64,000 bases of DNA from Bacteriovoracia bacterium (GTDB taxonomy: Bacteria > Bdellovibrionota > UBA1018 > CAIPTA01). The stretch is from the NCBI GenBank assembly GCA_050246755.1, contig JBFWVL010000001.1, positions 1,248,001-1,312,000 of the forward strand, written 5' to 3'. A program made the position numbers and the translations under genes. Of this stretch, positions 20,144-29,151 are shown piece after piece. Under the pieces are notes generated by a model. The model saw nothing but the letters and a program-made list of their open reading frames with translations. It did no database searches and was not told where the DNA came from. Within the stretch, counting starts at the first letter, position 1. Every line of letters begins with the position of its first letter.

Positions 20144-21427
20144 ATGTTAGACCTCCGATGGATCATTGAAAACGAAGCCACTCTCCGCAAAAAATTGCAG
20201 GCCCGTAATAACTTTCCCACCGATTCCCTCGACCGTATCCTCGCCCAGGACGGAAAACGCCGGGAGCTTATTCAAAAAGTAGAAAAAGCCCGCGCGCGTA
20301 AAAACACTATCTCGAAAGAAATCCCGCAGAAGAAAAAGGCCGGCGAAGACGTTGCCCCCTTGATGGCGGAATCCACCAAGATCGGCCAAGAGATGGAAGC
20401 CGTGGACAAGGAGCTCAACGAGATCCAGGCCCAGATCGACAGCGATCTCCTCCAGATCCCCAACGCCTTCGACGATTCCGTGCCCGTGGGCTCGGATGCG
20501 GAAAGCAATAAAGAGATCCACCGCATCGGCGAGCCGAGAAAATTTTCCTTCCAGCCCCTCGACCACCACGACCTTGGCATAAAACTCGGTATCATCGATT
20601 TCGACCGCGCCGTGCGTCTCGCCGGACCCCGCTTTGCCGCGCTCCTCGGCAAAGGCGCCAAGCTCGAGCGCGCCCTCATCCAATTCATGCTCGATCTTCA
20701 CACCGAGCAACACGGCTATACTGAAATGATTCCGCCCTTCATGGCGAATACCAAATCCAATATCGGCACCACCCAGCTGCCAAAATTCAAAGAGGATCTT
20801 TTCAAGATCGAGGGCTTCGATCTCTACCTTATTCCCACCGCGGAAGTTCCCGTAACGAACTTCTACCGCGAAGAAGTGTTGGACGAAGAAAAACTTCCCA
20901 TCCAGTTCACCGCCTATACCCCCTGCTTCCGCTCGGAAGCCGGATCCTACGGCCGCGACACCAAAGGCCTCATTCGCCAGCACCAGTTCGATAAAGTAGA
21001 GCTCGTGATGTTCACCAAGCCCGAGCAATCGATGGAAATGCACGAGAAGCTCACCTCTCACGCCGAGCAAGTGCTCAAACTCCTCGAGCTTCCTTTTCGC
21101 CGTATGCTTCTTTGTTCGGGAGACATGGGCTTCGGATCCGTAAAAACCTACGACCTCGAAGTTTGGCTCCCGGCCCAGAACACCTACCGCGAGATCTCGA
21201 GCTGCTCGAACTTCGGCGATTTCCAGGCCCGCCGCGCCATGATCCGCTGCAAAGGCAAAGATGGGAGCAAGCCACGCTACCTACATACCCTTAACGGCTC
21301 GGGTTTGGCCGTAGGGCGCACGCTCGTGGCGATTTTAGAGAACTACCAGCAGGAAGACGGAAGCATTCTGATTCCTAGGGCCCTGCAAAAATATACCGGC
21401 TTTGACCGCATCGGCCCGGCAAGGTAG
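20144..21427 (+). CDS. serS: Seryl-tRNA synthetase
   Basis: [53 protein letters not shown]. Confidence 0.98.
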   Translation: MLDLRWIIENEATLRKKLQARNNFPTDSLDRILAQDGKRRELIQKVEKARARKNTISKEIPQKKKAGEDVAPLMAESTKIGQEMEAVDKELNEIQAQIDSDLLQIPNAFDDSVPVGSDAESNKEIHRIGEPRKFSFQPLDHHDLGIKLGIIDFDRAVRLAGPRFAALLGKGAKLERALIQFMLDLHTEQHGYTEMIPPFMANTKSNIGTTQLPKFKEDLFKIEGFDLYLIPTAEVPVTNFYREEVLDEEKLPIQFTAYTPCFRSEAGSYGRDTKGLIRQHQFDKVELVMFTKPEQSMEMHEKLTSHAEQVLKLLELPFRRMLLCSGDMGFGSVKTYDLEVWLPAQNTYREISSCSNFGDFQARRAMIRCKGKDGSKPRYLHTLNGSGLAVGRTLVAILENYQQEDGSILIPRALQKYTGFDRIGPAR

Positions 21428-21449
21428 AAGAATTACGGAAGCGCACCTA

Positions 21450-21539
21450 GGAGAGATGGCCGAGTGGCTGAAGGCACCAGTCTTGAAAACTGGCAGGGTT
21501 GCAAGACCCTCGTGAGTTCGAATCTCACTCTCTCCGCCA
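21450..21539 (+). tRNA. tRNA-Ser (anticodon TGA)
   Basis: GGAGAGA/TCTCTCC acceptor stem, CCAGT-CTTGAAA-ACTGG anticodon arm, long variable arm, TTCGAAT T-loop, G discriminator, encoded CCA. Confidence 0.97.
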
Positions 21540-21625
21540 ATCAAAAACATTTTTCAGTCATGATGCTGAAAAGCGCGTAAATCTAAAATCAAAACATAAA
21601 ATAGATTAATAATTTTTCGAAAAAA

Positions 21626-22204
21626 TTAGTAAACCGTAATCGACTCTACGATCACCGGCTCGAGCGGCACATCGCTGAAGCCGTCTTTATCCCCGGTGGC
21701 CACGCCCTGAATCCTGTCCACCACGTCGGTTCCGGCTATCACTTTCCCGAACACGCAGTAGCCCCAGTCATAACGAGAGGGTGGGTTGAGAAAATCGTTG
21801 TCCACGGCATTGATGAAAAACTGGGAGGTGGCGGAATGGGGTTCGCCCCGGCGGGCCATCGCGATGGTATACGCTTTATTTTTTAGGCCATTTTTTGATT
21901 CGTTTTTAATCGGGGGGTAGAGGGGTTCTTTGGTTTCCATGTCCGGAGTTAATCCACCTCCTTGGATCATAAATTTCGTGATCACGCGGTGAAAGATCGT
22001 ACCGTTATAGAAACCGCTCTTCACGTATTTTAGGAAATTATTTACGGTGATCGGCGCCCTCTCGCGATTGAGCTCAATCTTCATATCGCCCACATTCGTT
22101 TTGATCAGAACTTTAGGGGTGCCGGCATTAGCAATACCGCCGGGGAGCATTGCTAGAAAAAGAATTATCGGAATAGCACGAAAAGTTCGCATCATTCGCT
22201 CCAA
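21626..22204 (-). CDS. ppiA: Exported cyclophilin-type peptidyl-prolyl isomerase
   Basis: Signal peptide, APITVNNF, FYNGTIFHRVI, FMIQGGG, SATSQFFIN, YCVFGKV. Confidence 0.92.
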   Translation of the reverse strand: MERMMRTFRAIPIILFLAMLPGGIANAGTPKVLIKTNVGDMKIELNRERAPITVNNFLKYVKSGFYNGTIFHRVITKFMIQGGGLTPDMETKEPLYPPIKNESKNGLKNKAYTIAMARRGEPHSATSQFFINAVDNDFLNPPSRYDWGYCVFGKVIAGTDVVDRIQGVATGDKDGFSDVPLEPVIVESITVY

Positions 22205-22209
22205 GAAAA

Positions 22210-22836
22210 TCAGGAAATCAAAGGTCCGGCGGCGAAGATTGCCACGTTTTCTTCGGGGTGCAGGATCTCTTCGATCTCGAAACCCGCGGCGTGGATTTCC
22301 GCCTTCACTTCCTCTTCGGTGGCGTAGTAGATCGTGCCCGATTTATTCATCTTCGTTTCGGGATTTATCGGATCATCAGCCACATTGGGCGTGCCGACTA
22401 CGGTGCTGATGAGCAGGATTCCATCGCTTTTAACGGACGCGCGGCAGTTGGTAAGCCACTTGGTGCGGTCAGCACCCACGAGGCATTGCAAAAATTGGTG
22501 GGCCACTAAGCAGCCGTATTTTTTGGTGTAGTACTGAGGATTGAGCGCGTCACCACGCCAAATTTTAGCGTCTTCAAACGCAGCTAAGCGTGACCTGGTA
22601 TTTTTTACGGCCGTCTCGGAGAAGTCAAAACCAGAGTAGGTTTTTACGCCCATTTTTAAGAGGTACTCGGCGAGCCAGCCGCCGCCACAGCCGATTTCGA
22701 GCACGGAACGCTTCGTAGCGTACTCTTTTAGAGACTCACGCATGGCTTCATTGGTTTTCTCCATCTGGAGGTACCAATCTTGCTTTTTTTCTCGGAGATA
22801 TCTTGGCTCGGCGTCGTAATAAGCGCGTGTCTGCAT
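22210..22836 (-). CDS. Class I SAM-dependent methyltransferase
   Basis: VLEIGCGGG motif I, GFDFSE, GDA. Confidence 0.85.
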   Translation of the reverse strand: MQTRAYYDAEPRYLREKKQDWYLQMEKTNEAMRESLKEYATKRSVLEIGCGGGWLAEYLLKMGVKTYSGFDFSETAVKNTRSRLAAFEDAKIWRGDALNPQYYTKKYGCLVAHQFLQCLVGADRTKWLTNCRASVKSDGILLISTVVGTPNVADDPINPETKMNKSGTIYYATEEEVKAEIHAAGFEIEEILHPEENVAIFAAGPLIS

Positions 22837-22894
22837 GCTTTAGATCTAGCATGCACCCTTGTCCGGCCCATAGAACCAAAATACTCTTCCGGGA

Positions 22895-23077
22895 TTAAGC
22901 TACGTCGCGGCGAATCGCTTCGTCGGCCGTGATCGATCCTGGTTCGGCAGTATTGTGATCATGGTTGATGTCACGAATGTCTTCGGGGGTAGGGGGATGG
23001 TATCCGCTCTCCGCCGCTTCCGCGCTTTCCACTAGTTCTTCGCCAGAAATCTGCTTTTGCTTCTTCTGTTTTTTCAT
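22895..23077 (-). CDS. Small hydrophilic hypothetical protein (60 aa)
   Basis: GGAGG RBS before ATG 23077; fills the intergenic gap; co-oriented with neighbours. Confidence 0.55.
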   Translation of the reverse strand: MKKQKKQKQISGEELVESAEAAESGYHPPTPEDIRDINHDHNTAEPGSITADEAIRRDVA

Positions 23078-23161
23078 AAAGGCCTCCAAAGAGCAGATTA
23101 CCAAAAGAGCAATACTTCCGCAGCGGAAGGAACGCCGCACAATAAGTGACCGGCTTGGTTA

Positions 23162-23353
23162 TTAATCGTCGAGCCGATCGGCCGCGAATCCAGTGATCTC
23201 GCCTTCCTCAGCCTCATAAGAAACCTGGATGGGGCGGCAGCAGACTTCGCAGTCTTCAATATAGGACTGAGGTCCGGAGAAAGCCTCGCAAACGAAAGAA
23301 ATGGGAGAAAAGCAATAAGGACACTGCGCGGGTATTTCTTGTTCACCCATCAT
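23162..23353 (-). CDS. CPXCG-motif cysteine-rich small protein
   Basis: CPYC...YIEDCEVCCRPI family signature. Confidence 0.85.
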   Translation of the reverse strand: MMGEQEIPAQCPYCFSPISFVCEAFSGPQSYIEDCEVCCRPIQVSYEAEEGEITGFAADRLDD

Positions 23354-24330
23354 TAGAAAAGCGCCACGAGCTTAAGGCCAAAACTAGAGGCAGGCTCTAC
23401 GTCTAGGCGACGCCCGGTCTTACGATCGCTAAAGCCCTTGCCCTCATAGTAATCTCGCTTAAAGGTATAGCGGGCGCCGAGGTCCATGAGCAAATAAGCA
23501 TTTAGAGGCATGGTAAATCCTAGGTGCAAATCTCTTTCCACGGCGAATAGACGATCCCGCTTATCGTCCCGCCCCGCGCGCAGGAAAACATCCTGGCCGG
23601 AACGAAACCCAAAGTAAGCACGAGCCGGCCCAAATAAGTAATAACTAATTTCCACTTGGCCGCTTTGCACCGGAAAGTAGAAGCCGCTCAAGAACCACTT
23701 TCCGCCGGGACGCCAAAAAAATCCCAGGACGGGAGCACCCACGAAAAGTTTCCAGCTGTCACTGCGGTCGAATAAGTACCCTACTCCGGGAAGGGGGATC
23801 CACGGCAGAAACCCGCGGGTATTGGATTCGTTCACCAGAACCAGCCACTGGTCTTTGGCCTTGCCAGCGGGAAAGCGGTAAGTAAAATTCGCGCTCAAGG
23901 AAACTTCTCGCATGGTGCGGAAGGGCTTATCGCTGGGAGAACCAATACCCAGGCTGGCGCCGATACTTCGCTCACCCTCGAGAGGCTTGCGGTAGTTTCC
24001 CGAAAGCGAAACGTTCCATAGCTGCTTGGGCAAGGCATTGCGTGAATCCGGAAATACGGCCGTTGTCTTCGTTTGATCGAGCTCTACGTTCCCTTCCACG
24101 TTGAGAAACGCGGGGTCATTGCGCAAAGTGTGACTGGCGCGCATCCGGTGTTTTTGCAGAGAGAGCTCTGCGATCTTTCCTTGCACATTTTCTTTCTCGT
24201 ATAGCTGCCCTTCGTAGCTGACGCGATTATTACCGGGGCGCTTCGGGGCTGCGAATAGATCCTGAAATAAATCAGCTTCGGCGGCGAACGCGGTGGAGGA
24301 AAGCAACGACAGGAGGAGAAAAATTTTCAT
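23353..24330 (-). CDS. Outer-membrane beta-barrel protein (DUF6268-like)
   Basis: Signal peptide, alternating beta strands, PLPGVGY, terminal Phe. Confidence 0.65.
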   Translation of the reverse strand: MKIFLLLSLLSSTAFAAEADLFQDLFAAPKRPGNNRVSYEGQLYEKENVQGKIAELSLQKHRMRASHTLRNDPAFLNVEGNVELDQTKTTAVFPDSRNALPKQLWNVSLSGNYRKPLEGERSIGASLGIGSPSDKPFRTMREVSLSANFTYRFPAGKAKDQWLVLVNESNTRGFLPWIPLPGVGYLFDRSDSWKLFVGAPVLGFFWRPGGKWFLSGFYFPVQSGQVEISYYLFGPARAYFGFRSGQDVFLRAGRDDKRDRLFAVERDLHLGFTMPLNAYLLMDLGARYTFKRDYYEGKGFSDRKTGRRLDVEPASSFGLKLVALF

Positions 24331-25565
24331 CGTTTTTCCGGAATCGCGCGATGAATTTGATACATCATGAATAGGGTGACTACCGAGGCGCCGATGATCA
24401 CGTAGCCAATTTTATCAAAATGCAAGAGCGGGCTTTTCTCGCTTTCTTGCACCACGATCAGCCCCGCAATTACAGAGGCAAAACCTCCCGAAATTTGTTG
24501 CAGGGAGGAACTAATTGCCATGAAAGATCCACGGCTCGCCGGATCCGGCACGGCCGACATCAATGCCTGGGAAGGGATCATTCGCGAAAAAATCCCCACG
24601 AAAAGAATGATATTCACGATGATCACCCAAGTCAGTGGCGTTACCCCGAGGTGCGTATAGATATAAACCATCACGATGCTCAGCATCGTACCGAATACGA
24701 ATACATTGAACTTTCCGTAGCGGTCGCTAAGCCGACCGACCATCGGGCCAATCAGAATCGCCGCGATACCCGTAAGCAAGTAGATCATCGGGAGTTTTTC
24801 CACCTGAATGCCGAGATTATTCACCGTGAAGGCGCTACCAAACGGCATCAACATATAGCCGCCCGTAGCCAATAAGGCGGTGGCACCAAATCCCGTGAGG
24901 TACCTCGTATTGGTAACCGTGGCGATTAAATGGTGGAAAGCGTTCTTATCGGGACGCAACTTCAAGTGCGCGTCCACCGGACGCAAATAAACGAAGATCA
25001 CCACCCCTACTAGGGAACTTACGGCCACGATCATCAGGAAAGGCGCGTGCCACCCCCAAAGGTTGGAGAAAAATAAGCCGGCCGGAATTCCTAATACTTG
25101 GCTGGCCGCAAATGCGGTTTGAATAAACCCCATCACCCGCCCGCGCATTTCAAACGGAAATAAATCCGCGGTGATGGCGAACACGGTGGACCCCACCACG
25201 CCGCCGAAAAAACCGGTGATCAGACGGGCGAACATCAAAAAATGAAAGTTCGGAGCAATGCCGCAGAGGAGAGTGCCAAGCACGAAACCGCAGTAGAAAA
25301 TCAAAAGCAGTTTCTTCCGATCGAAGCGATCGGCGAATCCCGCCGCAAGCAGCCCCGAAATTCCGGCCGCGAAAGCGTATACCGAAACCACCACGCCGAA
25401 CTGCGAAGGGGAAATTCCCAATGAGGGCATGAGGATCGCGCCCAGCGGCGAGATGATCATGAAATCGAGGATGATCGTGAATTGCAGGAATGCGAGGAGC
25501 GAAACTACGAATTTCTGGTATCCCGTGAATGCGACTACGCCGCCGCTAACTGCTTTCAATGCCAT
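24327..25565 (-). CDS. MFS transporter
   Basis: 12 TMs, FADRFDRK and LSDRYGK motifs. Confidence 0.93.
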   Translation of the reverse strand: MALKAVSGGVVAFTGYQKFVVSLLAFLQFTIILDFMIISPLGAILMPSLGISPSQFGVVVSVYAFAAGISGLLAAGFADRFDRKKLLLIFYCGFVLGTLLCGIAPNFHFLMFARLITGFFGGVVGSTVFAITADLFPFEMRGRVMGFIQTAFAASQVLGIPAGLFFSNLWGWHAPFLMIVAVSSLVGVVIFVYLRPVDAHLKLRPDKNAFHHLIATVTNTRYLTGFGATALLATGGYMLMPFGSAFTVNNLGIQVEKLPMIYLLTGIAAILIGPMVGRLSDRYGKFNVFVFGTMLSIVMVYIYTHLGVTPLTWVIIVNIILFVGIFSRMIPSQALMSAVPDPASRGSFMAISSSLQQISGGFASVIAGLIVVQESEKSPLLHFDKIGYVIIGASVVTLFMMYQIHRAIPEKR

Positions 25566-25772
25566 GAATGAACCCTTGGTTTGGAGAAATCTGGAGAAGA
25601 TTAATTATTGCGTGCTGCTTTTCTCTTTGGAAGAGATGGGGCCATTTTTCTGCTTTTTCCAGACTAACGCTGGTTCTAACCCCTTAAAATATTTAAAAAA
25701 TAGGCTATTCCTTGCGTATTTATGCATTGCGTTATAAAAGTCTTCAACCACTACTTCTTTTGGAGACCCCTA

Positions 25773-26339
25773 ATGCGTCACATCCTTCTCGCCCTAGCTT
25801 TCCTATCCGCCGCCCCGGCCTTTGCCGGAACGCAGATGCGTTCGCGTGCTACCGTAATCAAAGGCGCCTTGATTCGCGCCGGCGGCCCCGGAGGAGCACA
25901 ATCAGCTCCCGCCTCCACTATCCAAGGCCTCTGCGAAGAAGGCGTGCGCAAAGTATTCTATCTTTACCCTGAAAATAACTTCAACACTCGCGGCACCTAT
26001 CGCTGCTCGCGCGGAACCACCGAGTATACCGGCGGAGCCTTCCGCGGCCCCGCGGTAAAAGGCGTACTCGCTGAAGTACTACGCTCGGCGAACGAAGGGG
26101 GCGGCCCCGTTCTCGTTCATTGCTGGAATGGCTGGCATGCCGCCGGTGAAATTTCCGCGCTCGCGCTCATCCAATTCTGCGACTGGTCCGGCCAGCGCGC
26201 GGCCGACTACTGGGTAAAAGGGATCCAAGACAAAGGCAACCTCGGCAAATACGGAAGCATCATCAACCGCATCCGCAATTTCCAGCCAATTCCCGGCCTG
26301 CGCTTCTCCGATTCGCAAAAAGCCAGCCGCTGCCCATAA
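25773..26339 (+). CDS. Exported protein with PTP/dual-specificity phosphatase-like motif
   Basis: Signal peptide MRHILLALAFLSAAPAFA; GPVLVHCWNGWHAAG. Confidence 0.7.
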   Translation: MRHILLALAFLSAAPAFAGTQMRSRATVIKGALIRAGGPGGAQSAPASTIQGLCEEGVRKVFYLYPENNFNTRGTYRCSRGTTEYTGGAFRGPAVKGVLAEVLRSANEGGGPVLVHCWNGWHAAGEISALALIQFCDWSGQRAADYWVKGIQDKGNLGKYGSIINRIRNFQPIPGLRFSDSQKASRCP

Positions 26340-26364
26340 TTTTAAGGCAGAAATCAATTTTCAT

Positions 26365-26391
26365 AAAAGGCAGCGGAACCCGCTGCTTTTT
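26365..26391. terminator. Bidirectional intrinsic terminator
   Basis: AAAAG-GCAGCGG-AAC-CCGCTGC-TTTTT between convergent genes. Confidence 0.75.
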
Positions 26392-27063
26392 CTATTTTTG
26401 GGATAGGGCGGCTGATATTACCGATAAAATCCGCGCCCGCGCCGCTTTTCCACGAAGGCAACGCTGATTAATTTCCAGCTCTAGTCCAATATATCTGTCT
26501 GCCGGAAATTCTTTCCTTAGCGCCGTAACCAGCCCGTTCCCCGTTCCGCGGTAAGGAAGATTGCGGTGAACGGCGAAATCTGTTTCTTTGCGTAGTTTTT
26601 TTTGCAGTCCGAGGCACAATTCCGTTTCTAATTTCCTCTTGGGATCGTGGAGTAAGCCGATATCGGTTTTTCTCACTGAGCCATAGAGAACCGGGGTAAA
26701 GGAGTGCACGCCAACATGAATCACCCAGTCTAGCTTCCGAATTGCTTGGCGTACCTTGTTCCAATGAGCTTCGTGATATTTTTCAATCAACTCCCTTTTT
26801 TCTTTCTCGGGGAGTGGCCTCGTCCAATCAGAGAAAACGCCCCGATTATCGGAAGTGCGATTGAGATCCACCAGCAGTCGGGAATTTTTTCCTAGAATTA
26901 CCTTCGTCCGTAACGCTTTAGCCAGGCCCTCGGCTAGCTCCTTCGCGCCTTCATCCCAGCCGCGGTGCGTACGCAGAATTTTTTCTTCTCCGCGAAATAG
27001 TACTCGATACGCCGCGGGAATATCTGCGGAACTATGCTCGCAGGTAAAAAGATACTTGTTCAT
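26392..27063 (-). CDS. N-formylglutamate amidohydrolase family protein
   Basis: TCEH, HRGWD, SRLLVDLNR, HSFTP, NLPYRG, LELEINQ. Confidence 0.9.
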   Translation of the reverse strand: MNKYLFTCEHSSADIPAAYRVLFRGEEKILRTHRGWDEGAKELAEGLAKALRTKVILGKNSRLLVDLNRTSDNRGVFSDWTRPLPEKEKRELIEKYHEAHWNKVRQAIRKLDWVIHVGVHSFTPVLYGSVRKTDIGLLHDPKRKLETELCLGLQKKLRKETDFAVHRNLPYRGTGNGLVTALRKEFPADRYIGLELEINQRCLRGKAARARILSVISAALSQK

Positions 27064-27130
27064 CTCCTACCTATAGCAAATCCTCCGCGTTTTTATTGGC
27101 CGTATTATGAAAAAACGTTAGGCTAGCGCC

Positions 27131-27547
27131 ATGAATAAAGCGCTTATCTATCCAATGTTTTCCATGGTGCTGCTAACCTTCGCGGTGGCTGCAATTCTCT
27201 TGAAGGTGCGGGTCAAGGCCGCACTTAGCGGAAAAGTTCAGATGCGTTACTATAAAACCTTCACCGAAGGAGAACCTACCGAGGAAATGCTCAAAGCCTC
27301 GCAGCATTTTACCAACCTCTTCGAGATCCCCATTCTCTTCTACGCTGGCTGCTTGGCGGCCATGCAAACGGAGGTAACGAAAGGAATTATTATTTCGGCC
27401 TGGATCTTTGTGCTTTCACGCGTAGCCCATGCCGTTGTTCACATTGGATCGAATCGGGTGAAGTACCGCATGCGCGCTTATCTATTAAGCTGGTTCGCGT
27501 TGATGAGCCTGTGGATAGGAATCGTATGGAACGTGGCGCAAAGTTAA
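27131..27547 (+). CDS. MAPEG family membrane protein
   Basis: NLFEIPILFY, SRVAHAVVH. Confidence 0.88.
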   Translation: MNKALIYPMFSMVLLTFAVAAILLKVRVKAALSGKVQMRYYKTFTEGEPTEEMLKASQHFTNLFEIPILFYAGCLAAMQTEVTKGIIISAWIFVLSRVAHAVVHIGSNRVKYRMRAYLLSWFALMSLWIGIVWNVAQS

Positions 27548-27700
27548 CTATTCTTGCGACGGCCTTCGCGCCACTTCGGGGCTGCCGTTTGCTTTTTTCA
27601 TTTCGGATTTTGCACGGACAGGACGCCCTTTGATCACAGCCACGGAAAGTGCGCTCCCCAGCAAAACTCCGAATAGAACTAGAAATCTGACTTTTATCAT
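27548..27700 (-). CDS. Small (50 aa) protein with signal peptide/TM, not in the ORF track
   Basis: My translation MIKVRFLVLFGVLLGSALSVAVIKGRPVRAKSEMKKANGSPEVARRPSQE; its stop abuts the MAPEG stop. Confidence 0.5.
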   Translation of the reverse strand: MIKVRFLVLFGVLLGSALSVAVIKGRPVRAKSEMKKANGSPEVARRPSQE

Positions 27701-27850
27701 TCACCGTATGCTTCGGAGTTTTTGCGCACTCCATTAAGCGCTGATATTCACTACGATAAAAAATTTCACCCCACCTCCACCTTCCGCCGTGTAGGCGGAA
27801 CTAATTCTCTCGGAAACGCCCAAAAGCGCCGATAGATAAGGGAGTAATAA

Positions 27851-29149
27851 ATGTTTATTTTCAGCTGGATCGCCATTTTCACCGCCACCCTCGCTAACGC
27901 CGAGCCCCCACGTATTTTGCAGATTGCACCCGTGAAAGATTTCTTCCAGTTCAACCAAGAATCGGGCGGAAACTCTTCTTGCATGGTGAGCTTGCCCAAG
28001 CCTGTGCCCGTGAAGGTTCTAAGCGAGACCCCCACTGAATTCGAGGTGGAGTGGAAAGTAGAAATATCCGGCTGCTATTGGCAGCAGCTCAAAGGTCAGA
28101 GCATGAAGCGCGGCTTTATTAAGAAACGCGATATTATTTGGGATGAAAACCTCAAAGAAGAGCTCCCCATGATCAGTTTCGCGCAGAGAATGCCGGAAAA
28201 AGCCCTTACGCCGGTGGAGTGCCTTAACCCCGTAGAGCAGAAGTTCGTCCCCGACGCCGTGAAGGCGATGGACCTTAGTAATTTCGTAGATTTCCTCCGC
28301 CGCGAAACCGCCGGGATAAAACCCAAGGCGAAGGTAGACCAGTACCTTCGCTGTTACCCTTATAGAAATAATCCCGCTAATTATCAGAAATATAAAAAAT
28401 TCCTCGATATGACCGGAGATGTTTTTAAGCTCACCAATCGCAGGGAACCCCAGGAAGTAAATCCTAGCTTACTGAGCTGCCTCTATCGCCGGGAAAGTGG
28501 ATTTGAAATCCCTACTGGAGAAGGCGCGGCCGGTCTGGGCCAGCATACGAATATAAATATCAAAGAAATTTCTAATCGCTTGAAGAAGCCTGGCTCTTGG
28601 GAAGCCGCCCTATGGAAGCAATACTTTGAAAAAGTGCGAAGCACTTCCGACGGACGCGCCATGCTAGCCTCTTGCATGGGAAGCTCTAAGAGCGGAGAGC
28701 CCGCTTTCGATACGAAGCAAGATGCCGCTTGCCCGCTCCAGTCTATGGCGGCCGGGTCTATTTATATCTTAATGATTCAGCGCGAGCTTTCTAGAAATTC
28801 TAAGATCATAGATATTAAATGGGAAAACGAGCTGGAGTACCAAGTAGCGATTGCGGCCGCCTATAATCTGGGCGACGGCGCGGCCGGCAGCGCGGTTAAG
28901 AACCTTTTGGTAAATGATTGGGTGGGTGCGATTCGCCGGAAAAGCACCCAAGCCGCTCCGGGAAAAGATTGCGAGGTTCTCTTGCATATCAACGCCGTGA
29001 AAAATTGCCTACAGGCGAATAATCCGTGGCAGCCAATGCATCCTGGCGATACGCCCCAATGCGAAGAGTTACGAGGCGTGAAAATTAATTTGGTGGACAA
29101 GAAAAATTCCTGCGCGGTTCCACCGCCGGCCGTAAAACCAAAAAAATAA
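27851..29149 (+). CDS. Exported protein with lytic transglycosylase (SLT)-like motifs
   Basis: Signal peptide; RRESGF, GLGQ and AAAYNLG correspond to SLT motifs I-III. Confidence 0.65.
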   Translation: MFIFSWIAIFTATLANAEPPRILQIAPVKDFFQFNQESGGNSSCMVSLPKPVPVKVLSETPTEFEVEWKVEISGCYWQQLKGQSMKRGFIKKRDIIWDENLKEELPMISFAQRMPEKALTPVECLNPVEQKFVPDAVKAMDLSNFVDFLRRETAGIKPKAKVDQYLRCYPYRNNPANYQKYKKFLDMTGDVFKLTNRREPQEVNPSLLSCLYRRESGFEIPTGEGAAGLGQHTNINIKEISNRLKKPGSWEAALWKQYFEKVRSTSDGRAMLASCMGSSKSGEPAFDTKQDAACPLQSMAAGSIYILMIQRELSRNSKIIDIKWENELEYQVAIAAAYNLGDGAAGSAVKNLLVNDWVGAIRRKSTQAAPGKDCEVLLHINAVKNCLQANNPWQPMHPGDTPQCEELRGVKINLVDKKNSCAVPPPAVKPKK

Positions 29150-29151
29150 AC

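Noticed and set aside
17183-21070. Long antisense ORFs (17183..18193, 20147..21070)
   Set aside because: They mirror the TPR gene and serS; best explained by sense-strand codon bias; no recognisable motifs
21540-21625. Island integrated at tRNA-Ser
   Set aside because: No adjacent integrase and no convincing copy of the tRNA 3' end found in the window
27390-27734. 114 aa minus-strand ORF
   Set aside because: Overlaps the MAPEG gene; the 50 aa ORF in another frame fits the gap better
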